64,000 nt of DNA from a virus (lineage: Duplodnaviria > Caudoviricetes): positions 32,001 through 96,000 of IMG/VR virus record IMGVR_UViG_3300037400_005024. One strand, written 5' to 3'. Below, one piece after another: positions 50,267 through 60,396 of this stretch (within the stretch, counting starts at the first letter, position 1; every line of letters begins with the position of its first letter). The position numbers and the translations under genes were made by a program. The notes below the pieces were generated by a model. The model was not told the origin of the DNA. It saw only the letters and a list, made by a program, of their open reading frames with translations, and ran no database searches.

Positions 50267-50659
50267 TTATGTTAAAGTTTTACGCAATTCTAAAATCTTT
50301 AAGTACGCTTCTTCGATATTCTTTGAACTTTTAACTTGTTCAAGAATTCCATCAATAAGTTCAGTTGGCTTCACATAATATTTTACAACAATCTTAAAAT
50401 CTTCATCTAAAATCGAGTTTTGTTTAAAAATTATCTCATTTATAACTGGTGAATCACCATAAACAATTTCAACTGGCGGATTTTCAAAAACCTCGTACTT
50501 TTCGCTAGTATCAATTGCATCAATGTCATAGTCAGTCAAGTCTTTAACAATAAAGAACTGACCATCTCTCTTATAAAATTCAATATCAGAAAATCGTTTG
50601 ATTAAAAACTGCTGAATTTCAGAGTGTTGTTTTTCATTGATTATTCCTACACTTTTCAT
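50267..50659 (-). CDS. Hypothetical protein
   Basis: ORF behind middle-type promoter. Confidence 0.65.
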   Translation of the reverse strand: MKSVGIINEKQHSEIQQFLIKRFSDIEFYKRDGQFFIVKDLTDYDIDAIDTSEKYEVFENPPVEIVYGDSPVINEIIFKQNSILDEDFKIVVKYYVKPTELIDGILEQVKSSKNIEEAYLKILELRKTLT

Positions 50660-50952
50660 CTATGTATCTCTCTGCGTAATTGTAAAATATTTCTTTCAAT
50701 TATATTATAACACAAATTTTAAGAAAGTGTTATGAGATCCAAAAAATTTTTAAATGTTGTGATTAAGGTTACATTTTAAATGTAAATTTAATTGAGAAAT
50801 ATATAAAACTATGCAAAAAGTTTCAAAAAATTTACATATATTTCTAAAAAAAATGTTAAATAAATCAAATACTTAAGTAAAATTGATAACATGCAAATTA
50901 GTATACTTTTGTCAAATTCAGTATATAAATAGCTTAAAGCATTTTTAAAACG

Positions 50953-51291
50953 ATGGACAACCTTTTTAGTTTTTTGTCAGATCTTATAAAGTCTGGTTCT
51001 GTTTCAGAATTTCAGACTATTTTTGTTGTGTTCATTGTTTTATTCATTTTTAGAAAAAATATTTTAAAACAAGTTTTCGATTCAGACCAGAATCAAGAAC
51101 CTAAAAAATCAGATGATACACAAAATCAAATTTTAGAAAAACTAGACAATATTCAAGAAAAAATAGAAAATATAAAAGAGCAATTAGTTTCAGACGATGC
51201 TAGAATAAATCGACTTGAAAACTCATTAAACAATATTACACTTCAGATTAAATCTGAATTACTTGATTTTAAAAAGGACTTTATAAAATGA
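50953..51291 (+). CDS. Late membrane/coiled-coil protein (holin-like?)
   Basis: One TM helix plus coiled coil; late promoter 50924-50931. Confidence 0.45.
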   Translation: MDNLFSFLSDLIKSGSVSEFQTIFVVFIVLFIFRKNILKQVFDSDQNQEPKKSDDTQNQILEKLDNIQEKIENIKEQLVSDDARINRLENSLNNITLQIKSELLDFKKDFIK

Positions 51292-52115
51292 ACTTCTTGT
51301 ATTTTTTAACAGAATCACCAGCTGAGGTTAAAAAACTCAAAGCTGATGCGAATTCTGTAAACTCAGATAAATCTCAGAAAGAGATTTACAATGAACTTAT
51401 TTCAATGTTAACAGGTAAATCTTATTCTGATTCTGTTGAATTCATTGATGAAATTGTCAAAGATGATAAACTAAAATTCATTCTTTCTTTAGGATTTGGT
51501 GGTAAATTTTCAAATACTAAATTAAAGCTTGAAAAGAAAAACATTTCTGTAAAACGTTTAATTCCTTTACAGAATGAAATTGGTTTTGAAGAAACTTTAA
51601 AATTCATTAAAGAAGGTAAGAATGTCGAAAAGTGTTATGAAGATCCGGTGATGATTAAACACCCTATTGTTACATTCCAGGGCAATTTCATTGTAGATGG
51701 TCATCATAGATGGTCTGAAATTTATGTTACAAACAGAGAAGCATTTGTAGAATGTGTCAACATCGATGGCAATCTATCACCAATTGAAATTCTTAAAGCT
51801 GTTCAAGCAACTATAGGTTCTAACACAGGTGATTTAAAACTTAAATCAACTAAAGGTGAAAATCTTTTAAAATCATCTGAAAAGAAAATTAGAGATTATT
51901 TGTCTGATATTTCAGAGTCAGCTAAAGAGAAAATTTCAAAATATGCTAATATTAAAGAAAATGAAGTAATTGATTTTTTAGTTAAAAATGTAACTGCTTT
52001 GAAAGCAAACAATTCACCAATTTTAAATGCGCCTTCTCGAGGTGAAATGCCTCAAACTTCAAAAGATCCTGATTTGTTTTCAGATTTAAAGAAAGGTACA
52101 ACTAAAGTTGCTTAA
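51288..52115 (+). CDS. ParB/Srx-like domain protein
   Basis: LIPLQNEI, PIV, IVDGHHRW. Confidence 0.7.
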   Translation: MNFLYFLTESPAEVKKLKADANSVNSDKSQKEIYNELISMLTGKSYSDSVEFIDEIVKDDKLKFILSLGFGGKFSNTKLKLEKKNISVKRLIPLQNEIGFEETLKFIKEGKNVEKCYEDPVMIKHPIVTFQGNFIVDGHHRWSEIYVTNREAFVECVNIDGNLSPIEILKAVQATIGSNTGDLKLKSTKGENLLKSSEKKIRDYLSDISESAKEKISKYANIKENEVIDFLVKNVTALKANNSPILNAPSRGEMPQTSKDPDLFSDLKKGTTKVA

Positions 52116-52117
52116 AA

Positions 52118-52146
52118 AAAAGGACAGTTTTCAGAACTGTCCTTTA
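52118..52146. terminator. Bidirectional terminator
   Basis: aaaggacagtt-ttcag-aactgtccttt. Confidence 0.7.
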
Positions 52147-52171
52147 AAGTGTATTCTGATTTAACTCCATT

Positions 52172-52270
52172 TTAAAAGAACTGAATTAGCAAAATCGCAG
52201 CATATGTAGATACTGCAACAAAAACAACTGCAAAAGAAATTGCCATCAACTCATCTAAATGTTTTTTCAT
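52172..52270 (-). CDS. Small membrane peptide (32 aa; not in ORF track)
   Basis: MKKHLDELMAISFAVVFVAVSTYAAILLIQFF with AAGGA RBS. Confidence 0.55.
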   Translation of the reverse strand: MKKHLDELMAISFAVVFVAVSTYAAILLIQFF

Positions 52271-52332
52271 TTTAAATCCTTTTAAATGTGTTCAAATGTT
52301 CTCAAATGTTCTCAACTATTGGTAATTTCATA

Positions 52333-52716
52333 TTACCCTCTCACTGGAACAGTGAAGAAATCCTTATTTAGATTATGGATATCACTATTTTTTACATAAA
52401 CATAATAAACTTCATTTAATTTAGCGCTTTTAAAGAATTTTTGATAGTGCTCATCAACAACAAATGGAACAGCATCATGATGCGATGCTTCATCAAAGTT
52501 AAACATTTTATCTAAAAAGAAATAGCCGTTTTTATTCCAATAATTATCTACAAAAGAAACTTTATACTTATCTTTGAATTTAGTTATTTTAATTGTTAAC
52601 CTTTGGTACATTCCTTTTGGCGCCTGAATTAAAGTTCTACCACCTACTTTAACTTCTACATCAGATGGGTTTAATTGTTTCCATTTGGATTCATTTAAAA
52701 ATTTTGTAAAGTTCAT
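52333..52716 (-). CDS. Late hypothetical protein with capsid-targeting-like N-terminus
   Basis: MNFTKFLNES; late promoter 52753-52760. Confidence 0.65.
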   Translation of the reverse strand: MNFTKFLNESKWKQLNPSDVEVKVGGRTLIQAPKGMYQRLTIKITKFKDKYKVSFVDNYWNKNGYFFLDKMFNFDEASHHDAVPFVVDEHYQKFFKSAKLNEVYYVYVKNSDIHNLNKDFFTVPVRG

Positions 52717-52857
52717 TTTAATTTCCACTGTATAATGATTCTGGACATATACTATTTATATACGGTGACATTTACCCAGATATTGATTTATTTGTAGGAT
52801 CTTTTCAACCAAATCCTTTACTTTCATTTTTCAGTTCATTCTTAATACTTCACAAAC

Positions 52858-53067
52858 TTATTCTTCCAACATTGAAAGGTAATTTCTTAACATCTTTAAG
52901 AACTCTTCTTCGGAATTAAGTTGATTTTCTATAATTGCTAATTCGTCTGAGTCTGCATCGTACTCACTTTGTAGATCTTCGTAATAGTTACAATCTAAGT
53001 TGATCTTACGAATTACTTTTTGAATGTCTTGTTGGATTTGGTCTTTTAACTTCTTTGTGTCTGTCAT
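52858..53067 (-). CDS. Early hypothetical protein
   Basis: Early promoter 53099-53128, AAGGAG RBS. Confidence 0.65.
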   Translation of the reverse strand: MTDTKKLKDQIQQDIQKVIRKINLDCNYYEDLQSEYDADSDELAIIENQLNSEEEFLKMLRNYLSMLEE

Positions 53068-53205
53068 ACTTAACTCCTTTTTTTCTTTTTACATTATAAT
53101 TATAATACAAAATTTTTAAAAAGTAAACAAAAAATTTTTTTTTCTTAACTAATCACTTAACACGTACCGTAATTTGCATCCAATTCTTGTTTTTAACTCT
53201 TCCCT

Positions 53206-53436
53206 TTAGAAACCTCTAAATGGAACCCAATCAACTTTTAATGCTAAATTGCAACCACTGTCACACCAAGGTAAATTCATTAACTTAAAATGGAGAACTT
53301 CACGTTTTAGAACTGATTTGTCTTTTAGAACTGTTTTTAGAGGAACTTCCACATGTGTTAAACCATTATGTACAACTAATGACTTAATCTCAACGTGTGA
53401 ATTTTTTACTTTATCTAAAACTTCTTGTAATGTCAT
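53206..53436 (-). CDS. Early hypothetical protein
   Basis: Early promoter 53475-53504. Confidence 0.65.
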   Translation of the reverse strand: MTLQEVLDKVKNSHVEIKSLVVHNGLTHVEVPLKTVLKDKSVLKREVLHFKLMNLPWCDSGCNLALKVDWVPFRGF

Positions 53437-53474
53437 TTTCTTTATTCCTTTATTTAATTTGTTTTTACAGTATC

Positions 53475-53504
53475 ATTATAAACCAAAACTTAGAAAAAGT
53501 AAAC
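53475..53504 (-). promoter_or_regulatory. Early promoter
   Basis: GTTTACT-N17-TATAAT. Confidence 0.8.
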
Positions 53505-53616
53505 TAATTTTTTAAAAAATTTGATACTCCCTTAACAAAATTTTAAAGACACCTGAAAACACCGAGGAGGTTGAGACTATTTATAAATAGTTAAAATACA
53601 CTTTGGTACATAATAA

Positions 53617-54309
53617 ATGATAGATTTAAACGCATTGACTTTATACAAAGAAAAGATAAGTTCATACGTTGATGATTCAATGCCATTGCCTAGTCCTAAA
53701 GATGTTTTAATTCTAAATGATGAATTGATTGATAACTATACGGGTAACGGAATTACTAAAAACGGAAATGTAAAAATTGATGAAAACGGTATAGCAACTA
53801 CTTTCCCAAATCGAACTGACTATGTTGTCACAAACATAGATGTAATGGATTTAAAGGTACCATTCGAAGTTCAAGTCAAATTTAAAGTTTCTGATAAAAC
53901 TGTATTTAGCAACTCAAAAGTCTATTTAGTATCAAACAAAAGATATGCATATCCATTTTTTGAACTGGTAATCGTAGAAGGTAAAATAGTATGCGAGTCG
54001 TTTCCAACTCAATCGTATCCCGCAAATATGTTATTTTATGATTCTTTTGATTTTGATGCAGATCAGTGGTATATCATAAACATAAAGCACGAAGAGAAAG
54101 GAATCTATGAGTGCTCGATATACGATGAAAAATATAACGAATTATATAATAAAACACAGAATCCAGGTCACGAGGTAATCAATCAATCTGACACACTCAT
54201 TTTAGGTAATGATATTGATTTTGCTTCTGGTGGTGCAACATTACAAATTGACCTTTCAGAAACATATTTTAAAAATGGTGATACTATAATTTCAAAGTGG
54301 AATTTGTAA
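53617..54309 (+). CDS. Late ConA/lectin-like beta-sandwich protein (putative virion adhesin)
   Basis: Late promoter 53582-53589; beta-rich, QWY, ILG, IDLSETY pattern. Confidence 0.5.
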   Translation: MIDLNALTLYKEKISSYVDDSMPLPSPKDVLILNDELIDNYTGNGITKNGNVKIDENGIATTFPNRTDYVVTNIDVMDLKVPFEVQVKFKVSDKTVFSNSKVYLVSNKRYAYPFFELVIVEGKIVCESFPTQSYPANMLFYDSFDFDADQWYIINIKHEEKGIYECSIYDEKYNELYNKTQNPGHEVINQSDTLILGNDIDFASGGATLQIDLSETYFKNGDTIISKWNL

Positions 54310-54457
54310 ACTACTGTTGACTTAAAGATCTATAAACCAAATCTTAGAAAAAGTAAACAAATTTTTTAAATTTTTTACAAGTATCAAAATTAAATTTAAT
54401 GATGAGGTTCTACCATCATCATATAAATATTATAAAACTTTTTTAGAAAAAAATTGA

Positions 54458-56722
54458 ATGAAATTAGTTTCTCTTGAAAATATAACAAAATATAACGAAC
54501 TATTAAATAAGAAAATCGTTAAATCAGTAAATTCGGTGAAACCTGATGATGATGGTAATATCCTGTTAGGTACTGAGAAGTCAACATTTAACAAAGTTGA
54601 GTATGACACAGGTTATTTCTCAGTAGGTACTTCAAAGACCTATACCTTTGACTTGACAGGCTCAAACCTTGAGAATGTGCCTAAAGATAACATAAACATA
54701 AGACTTGTTGCTAAAGTAGTAACTGCTGGTGATGGTTACAATGTAGGTGATATTATCCAGTTATCACCAGGATTGAACTATGACGATAACTATGGCGACC
54801 TTGACGTATGCTCCTATATACGCGGCAACACTCTTTATGTTTATTCAGGTAAAGTTGGAGCTCTTTCTAATGCAGCCAACAATGGCAGTCATCTACAGAA
54901 AGCCAACGTTCAAATAAAAGCAGTCTTAACTGCCTTTGTACCTGACGATGGCAGTATTCTCCTTATTGCAGAAGACCAAACCAACACCTCTAAACTAATC
55001 GGTCTGCCTGATGGTACATTGACTTGGAAAGATAAAAACCTTGTCCGTTCAGTTAATGATGTTACTGCTGATGAGAATGGTAATGTTGAAATAACTGATA
55101 GTGGTCTTGAGATTGGTGATATAGGTCTTGCTCCTCTTGGCATTGATGAAACAGATAATTGCAGACGTTATCTTAATGGTCAGGTTATTCTTCAATCTCA
55201 ATTCTCAAAGTTTACTGAGAAGTTAAAGCACGCTATTACTCTATATCCTAACCTTGCAACAACAGAACAAAATTGGCAAAGTGCAGTTACTTTAAGCCCT
55301 CTTGGTCAATGTGGTAAGTTTGTTATTGATGATGAAGCAGGTACTATTCGTTTACCTAAAGTTGTTAATGTAATGGGAGCATTGGACTTATCAAGCATTG
55401 GTGAATTACAGAGTGCTGGATTACCTAACATCACAGGTAATTTAGAAGTACAGTTTATTTCCAATGGTGCCCTTACGGAATGTGGAAATCATGCGTTATA
55501 CACTTATGGGTCTTCAGGAAGTATGACAACTGGTGGTGATGGGTATATTGGAAGAGGCATTGCGATTGACGCCTCACGTTCATCGTCAATCTATGGAAAC
55601 TCTACAACTGTCCAGCAAGAAGCAATTAAGTATCCTTATTTCATTCAGGTAGCAACTTCTAATAGTGAAGATGTACAGATTGACACTCAAGTAAGACTTA
55701 ACAATCCATTTAGTTTATTTATGCCTTATTGGTCACCAATAGAGTTAAATAACTTATCTTGGTTACGTTCTAACAAGCAATGGAATAATGGAAGTGTTTA
55801 TACTTCTGCTTATAAGTTCTTACTTGAAAAGTACAATGCAGGTACAGAGCAAACAGAAACCATTGCAGGTGTATCAGTAACTTACAAACGAGCAGACAAT
55901 GGAATGAAGATCATTACTGATAAGAGTGTTTATGATGCTCTTATTTCTGCTAGTGGTAGTGCTTTCTTCTTTGTGTTAGATACTGAAAATACACAGTTTA
56001 TCTTACCTTATACTAATGGCTTTGCTCAGTTTGGTAATGAGTTAGGTAAGTTTACTGAAGCTGGTTTGCCTAATATCACTGGTTCTCGTGTTAATTGGTA
56101 TATGGGATCTAACCAACGTGGATGGACTGATGGTGCAATTTATCCTCATCCCGAAGCAGAGAATATTCCTGTAACTGTTAATGCAGAAAATTGGTACGAA
56201 GGTACAGTAGGTATTAAGTTTGACGCTTCCCGCTCTAGCCCAGTCTATGGCAAATCAGACACCGTACAGCCTAACTCTGTAACAGGTTATCTGTATTTCT
56301 ACATTGGTGAAGTTGAACAAGATGCTAACATCATTGCAACAAGTGGACTAGCAACTGATATTGCTAATCTCAAAAGTAGTGTTGTACGTAGTGTCAACGG
56401 TGTGAATGCTGACGCAAGTGGAAATGTGACTATTAAAACAAGTATCAACCCTGATTATTCGGCTATTGTTACAAAATCAGCAAATACATTATATACAGCA
56501 GAATGTGACGGTATTGTTTTCGCTAGCTTTTATGACTCAGTTAGTAGTGGAGGCTCGGGAATTGGAGTTTCCTTAGAAATTAATGGTCAGTCTTTCGCAG
56601 TTGCGGGTTTGAACATATCAAGTGGAAGTATGCTTCATGGAAGTTCTCTGTCAATGATAGTAAGTAAAGGTGATACTTATAAAACTAATGGTGGCACTTT
56701 AAAATTCATACCATTCAAATAA
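54458..56722 (+). CDS. Tail fibre protein
   Basis: SVN.V..D..GN x3; AGLPNITG...DASRSS.(I/V)YG.S.TVQ x2; late promoter 54422-54429. Confidence 0.85.
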   Translation: MKLVSLENITKYNELLNKKIVKSVNSVKPDDDGNILLGTEKSTFNKVEYDTGYFSVGTSKTYTFDLTGSNLENVPKDNINIRLVAKVVTAGDGYNVGDIIQLSPGLNYDDNYGDLDVCSYIRGNTLYVYSGKVGALSNAANNGSHLQKANVQIKAVLTAFVPDDGSILLIAEDQTNTSKLIGLPDGTLTWKDKNLVRSVNDVTADENGNVEITDSGLEIGDIGLAPLGIDETDNCRRYLNGQVILQSQFSKFTEKLKHAITLYPNLATTEQNWQSAVTLSPLGQCGKFVIDDEAGTIRLPKVVNVMGALDLSSIGELQSAGLPNITGNLEVQFISNGALTECGNHALYTYGSSGSMTTGGDGYIGRGIAIDASRSSSIYGNSTTVQQEAIKYPYFIQVATSNSEDVQIDTQVRLNNPFSLFMPYWSPIELNNLSWLRSNKQWNNGSVYTSAYKFLLEKYNAGTEQTETIAGVSVTYKRADNGMKIITDKSVYDALISASGSAFFFVLDTENTQFILPYTNGFAQFGNELGKFTEAGLPNITGSRVNWYMGSNQRGWTDGAIYPHPEAENIPVTVNAENWYEGTVGIKFDASRSSPVYGKSDTVQPNSVTGYLYFYIGEVEQDANIIATSGLATDIANLKSSVVRSVNGVNADASGNVTIKTSINPDYSAIVTKSANTLYTAECDGIVFASFYDSVSSGGSGIGVSLEINGQSFAVAGLNISSGSMLHGSSLSMIVSKGDTYKTNGGTLKFIPFK

Positions 56723-56735
56723 AGGAGTTTAAAAA

Positions 56736-57254
56736 ATGTATTGCAAATACGATAACGAAACAAAAAAGTGTCTTGAAGTAGGCACAGGCACAAACACAGA
56801 ATTTTATAAGTCAATCGGTATGGAAGATTTAGAGGTTGAAAAAGCCTATGACGGCTCATATTATCTAAAAGGTTATGCACCAACAAAGCCTTTGGAAGAG
56901 TTTAAAAAGGAGAAATTACAAGAGCTTAGCCAAAAGAGTTCAGCATTTGAGCAAACTGAAAATAAAGAAATGTATATTATATCCTCACTTGGATATAAGG
57001 TAAATGCAGATCCTAAAGCATTAAGAAACATTAATGTGTTAATCTCTCAAAAGGTGACACAATTCAAGGTATATGACAACACCATAAAATCTGTTACTGT
57101 TGAGGATTTAAAGATTATTAAGTCAGAAATTGAGCAAAACGCATTAAACCTTTATCATCAGAAATGGACTTTTGAAGATTTAATCAATAAAGCAGAAACA
57201 AAAGAAGAGTTAGATGCTATTGAGATTAAATTTGAAATGTTAGATTTTTCGTAG
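56736..57254 (+). CDS. Tail fibre assembly/chaperone (DUF4376-like)
   Basis: YDGSYYLKGYAP, KKEKLQEL, AETKEELDAI; follows the fibre gene. Confidence 0.75.
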   Translation: MYCKYDNETKKCLEVGTGTNTEFYKSIGMEDLEVEKAYDGSYYLKGYAPTKPLEEFKKEKLQELSQKSSAFEQTENKEMYIISSLGYKVNADPKALRNINVLISQKVTQFKVYDNTIKSVTVEDLKIIKSEIEQNALNLYHQKWTFEDLINKAETKEELDAIEIKFEMLDFS

Positions 57255-57301
57255 GTTAGAATAAATTAGATATTTCATAATTTGTTTAATTTTTGAAAAG
57301 A

Positions 57302-57410
57302 ATTTAAAAAGTCTTTATATATCAATAACTTAGTTAAAACAATACTTTTATTAAGTTATTGATTTATAAAGACTTTTTTATTTTCATTAAAATGGTAAAT
57401 GTACTATATT
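57302..57410. repeat. Palindromic dispersed repeat B, copy 2
   Basis: Reverse complement of 35088-35190. Confidence 0.8.
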
Positions 57411-57606
57411 GGAAAGATTCTTTTATAGAAAATTTTTTCTGAGAAAAACTTTTTAAAATACGTTTTTTAATATAGAAAAGTATGAATTTTAAATTTTCTC
57501 AGAAATTTTAAACAAAGTGTCATTTCTCAGACTTTTCAAACAAAAAAATGCAGACTTTTTAAAGACTGCATTTCTAAATTTCAGCGAATTTCAGCTAATT
57601 TCAAAT

Positions 57607-57873
57607 TTATTCAAGAGTTGTTCTTTTCCAAGATACTCTATCTTTTTTGCCATATCTTAATTGAGACAGTTTATCTGTACAAGGTGTACCAGTTGTTCGG
57701 TAACAATTAAAGCCTGTGTCCCAAATTAAATTCATCCAGTTAGCATGTTTTCTTTGACATCTTGGACCGTCTAATAGACCACAGAAAGAATTTGAATAAA
57801 ACTTGTCCTTTAAAAGTTTAATACGTTTAATGAAATGATTCTTTTTAGAAATGTTTCTTTCAAGTTTATTCAT
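57607..57873 (-). CDS. Hypothetical basic protein
   Basis: ORF, AGGAG RBS. Confidence 0.6.
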   Translation of the reverse strand: MNKLERNISKKNHFIKRIKLLKDKFYSNSFCGLLDGPRCQRKHANWMNLIWDTGFNCYRTTGTPCTDKLSQLRYGKKDRVSWKRTTLE

Positions 57874-57887
57874 ATTAGAACTCCTAT

Positions 57888-58178
57888 TTAACCTACTTTA
57901 ACATCAGAAGAACCTGTGACTATAGTTCCACCGCAAGATTCTGCGTCACTAATACATGCGATATTTTTACCGTTAACTAAAACTTGTCTACTAGGAGCAA
58001 CAACTACTCCGGAATGAGATGGATGAACAACACATCCATGAGCTTCAAAAACAGAACCATCAATCGCACATGGTTTGCCATTTATCAAAACATCTGAACT
58101 AACTTTATCAACTATTGGAACACCAGGACAAGCATCATGTCCTGAACTCTTATCTCCTTTTCTAGCTACAAATGGCAT
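57888..58178 (-). CDS. PAAR spike tip protein (gp5.4-like)
   Basis: VARKGD..GH, VLINGKP, CGG.IVTGS.DV. Confidence 0.92.
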   Translation of the reverse strand: MPFVARKGDKSSGHDACPGVPIVDKVSSDVLINGKPCAIDGSVFEAHGCVVHPSHSGVVVAPSRQVLVNGKNIACISDAESCGGTIVTGSSDVKVG

Positions 58179-58187
58179 TTAAAACTC

Positions 58188-58931
58188 CTAATTTAAAGAT
58201 ATTGGTGAACCCTTCAGAGTATGTGCACCTGAAGCTGTAGAAGTTATTGTATTTGCAGTATTTGTAAAACTTCCACTTGTAGTTGTTTTTGTATCTCCAT
58301 TAACAGTTGTTTCTAAATTACCTTGAACTGTAATTGTAGAATTACCACCAATTTTAATTGTTGAATTCTTACCTATATCCCAGGTTACATTATCAGTGAT
58401 TTTAATATCAGCATCTTTTACACCTAGAACTTTAATATTACCTTCATGGTCTATCAAAATATCTGTTCCAGTTTTATGATGAATATGAATGCGTTCATCT
58501 CCAGAACTATCATCAATTTCTATAAGATGACCAGATTGTGTTTTAATTGCTTGATTATAATTGTACTTATCACCTGAAATTGGTCCAAGATCTGAACCTT
58601 CCTGTTGTGGAAATTTTCCTTCAGGATCTCCAAAACCATCTTGATCTTTTTTGGAATTGCCAAGAACTGTTCCAATAATCACAGGAATGTTTGGATCATC
58701 ATTCATGAGCATTATCCATACCCATGTTCCTTGGTGCATAATTGAAGAAACTCCAACTCCACCAATATTTCCAAATGCAGTACTACCTACAGCTTCTGCC
58801 CATGGTAAATCCGCATTGTTAGAAACACCAAATCCAGATGTGTTACCATCTACCAAGCCGAAAATTCTAACTTGATATCTTCCTAACTGATCTGGATCTT
58901 TATTGTTTGTTATGACGCCTTTATATAACAT
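58188..58931 (-). CDS. gp5: Baseplate central spike (gp5-like, no lysozyme domain)
   Basis: DPDQLGRYQVRIFG, LPWA, SGHLIEIDD, beta-helix repeats; late promoter 58940-58947. Confidence 0.88.
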   Translation of the reverse strand: MLYKGVITNNKDPDQLGRYQVRIFGLVDGNTSGFGVSNNADLPWAEAVGSTAFGNIGGVGVSSIMHQGTWVWIMLMNDDPNIPVIIGTVLGNSKKDQDGFGDPEGKFPQQEGSDLGPISGDKYNYNQAIKTQSGHLIEIDDSSGDERIHIHHKTGTDILIDHEGNIKVLGVKDADIKITDNVTWDIGKNSTIKIGGNSTITVQGNLETTVNGDTKTTTSGSFTNTANTITSTASGAHTLKGSPISLN

Positions 58932-58948
58932 TTTTAAAATATTTATAA

Positions 58949-59158
58949 CTAAATGTTCTTAAAAGAATTCACAATAATGTCATAAACAAAATTTGAATAC
59001 TTTTCTGAAATTGTTAAAAATGAAAATAGATTTAAAACAATTAAAGCGCTTATTAAGCATATCAAAATTATTAGTAAAAATACTGCACTAAAAAATCTTT
59101 TAAATAAAATTTTAATAGAAAAGTCTTTATTGAAAATATTAGAAAATTTTAAAAACAT
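58949..59158 (-). CDS. Small membrane protein
   Basis: Hydrophobic ORF, AAGGA RBS. Confidence 0.5.
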   Translation of the reverse strand: MFLKFSNIFNKDFSIKILFKRFFSAVFLLIILICLISALIVLNLFSFLTISEKYSNFVYDIIVNSFKNI

Positions 59159-59169
59159 TTTAAAATCCT

Positions 59170-59556
59170 TTAAAGTTCAACCGTTTTTGTTACCTTTTTA
59201 TCGGTTTCATCATAACCGTTGAATTCAATCTTTAAATGTGTATCAGAAATATCAATCTTGTTTGAAAGATACTGAAGCATATGCTTAACTCTGAGAACAA
59301 ATGAATCGAAATAAGTTACACTATCCTCATTATTATAATAAAAACTAATTATATAATCTCCGTGTAATTCTTCTTGAAATTCACTTGCGAGAAGAGCAGT
59401 TATTCTTTTACTGTTATTTACGAAAATTTCAATAGGCTTATCATTTGAATTTGTAAATTCTTTAAGTTCAGACATTAAAAAATAAATGTGAGAGTCCATT
59501 TGCTCTTGTGAAGCATAGTCTAGTGAAAGTAAAATATTTCCAGATAATCTTAGCAT
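59170..59556 (-). CDS. Hypothetical protein
   Basis: ORF in operon. Confidence 0.6.
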   Translation of the reverse strand: MLRLSGNILLSLDYASQEQMDSHIYFLMSELKEFTNSNDKPIEIFVNNSKRITALLASEFQEELHGDYIISFYYNNEDSVTYFDSFVLRVKHMLQYLSNKIDISDTHLKIEFNGYDETDKKVTKTVEL

Positions 59557-59844
59557 TTAAAATTCCTTGAATGTTTCAACTGTTTTGTCTGTGTCGATTT
59601 TGTACTTTTCAGAATTTCGTTCATTATAAAGATCTACAAACTGTTTCATTGAATCTTCATCAATAATGAAGGTTGTTGGAAACCCTAAAAAATCATGTCC
59701 TTCTACGTAAAACTCAAATTCATCGGTGTTATTCTCATCATTCCTATAACGAACAAATGAAAAAACTTCTGCGGGCTGGTAAATGAATTTACTAAATAAA
59801 AATCGAAAAAATGATTTAATCTTAAGAATTGCTGAAAATATCAT
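59557..59844 (-). CDS. Hypothetical protein
   Basis: ORF in operon. Confidence 0.6.
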   Translation of the reverse strand: MIFSAILKIKSFFRFLFSKFIYQPAEVFSFVRYRNDENNTDEFEFYVEGHDFLGFPTTFIIDEDSMKQFVDLYNERNSEKYKIDTDKTVETFKEF

Positions 59845-59932
59845 GATTAAAACTTCTGTAAAAAAAAAATAAAATCTGAGAGTTCCTTCCCAAGAGTTTG
59901 GTAAGATTTGTTGTAAACAACAGACTCACCGT

Positions 59933-60376
59933 TTATAACAATAAGTAATTAGGTATTTGCAAATCTAATTTTAAATATTTATTATTTTTTAATTCTATTG
60001 TTTTATTTAAACAATCAAATTCTGAATTTCCTAAACCACTCTCAAAGTTATGTTTCACAATAGCAATTTGAAAATAAGTGAGTTCCATATTGTAAAAATT
60101 TTCTTTAAGATTTAAGTACTCAATTAGTAATTTCTTTTCTCTGTTATTAAAGATCCAAGGTTGTAAACCATTTTCATCTTTATGGATAACATATTTTGGT
60201 TCAGTAAACTTTATTCTTGCAACCTTAGTTGCTGTTCTTAAGGAGTTACTATCATAGAGTTTAAAGTAAGAATTTCTAATTCTTCCAATTCCAGGATTAA
60301 CTGTACATAAAACATCATCGTTTCTAAAAACCGTTGACATTTCATTTAAAAATTCACTAAATCCTTTTAACACCAT
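59933..60376 (-). CDS. Hypothetical protein with capsid-targeting-like N-terminus
   Basis: MVLKGFSEFLNEM; AAGGAG RBS. Confidence 0.65.
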   Translation of the reverse strand: MVLKGFSEFLNEMSTVFRNDDVLCTVNPGIGRIRNSYFKLYDSNSLRTATKVARIKFTEPKYVIHKDENGLQPWIFNNREKKLLIEYLNLKENFYNMELTYFQIAIVKHNFESGLGNSEFDCLNKTIELKNNKYLKLDLQIPNYLLL

Positions 60377-60396
60377 CTTTAACTCCTTCTAATAAG

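Noticed and set aside
54458-56722. Diversity-generating retroelement or invertase shufflon acting on the tail fibre
   Set aside because: No reverse transcriptase, template/variable repeat pair or recombinase is seen; the internal repeats are protein-level domain duplications.
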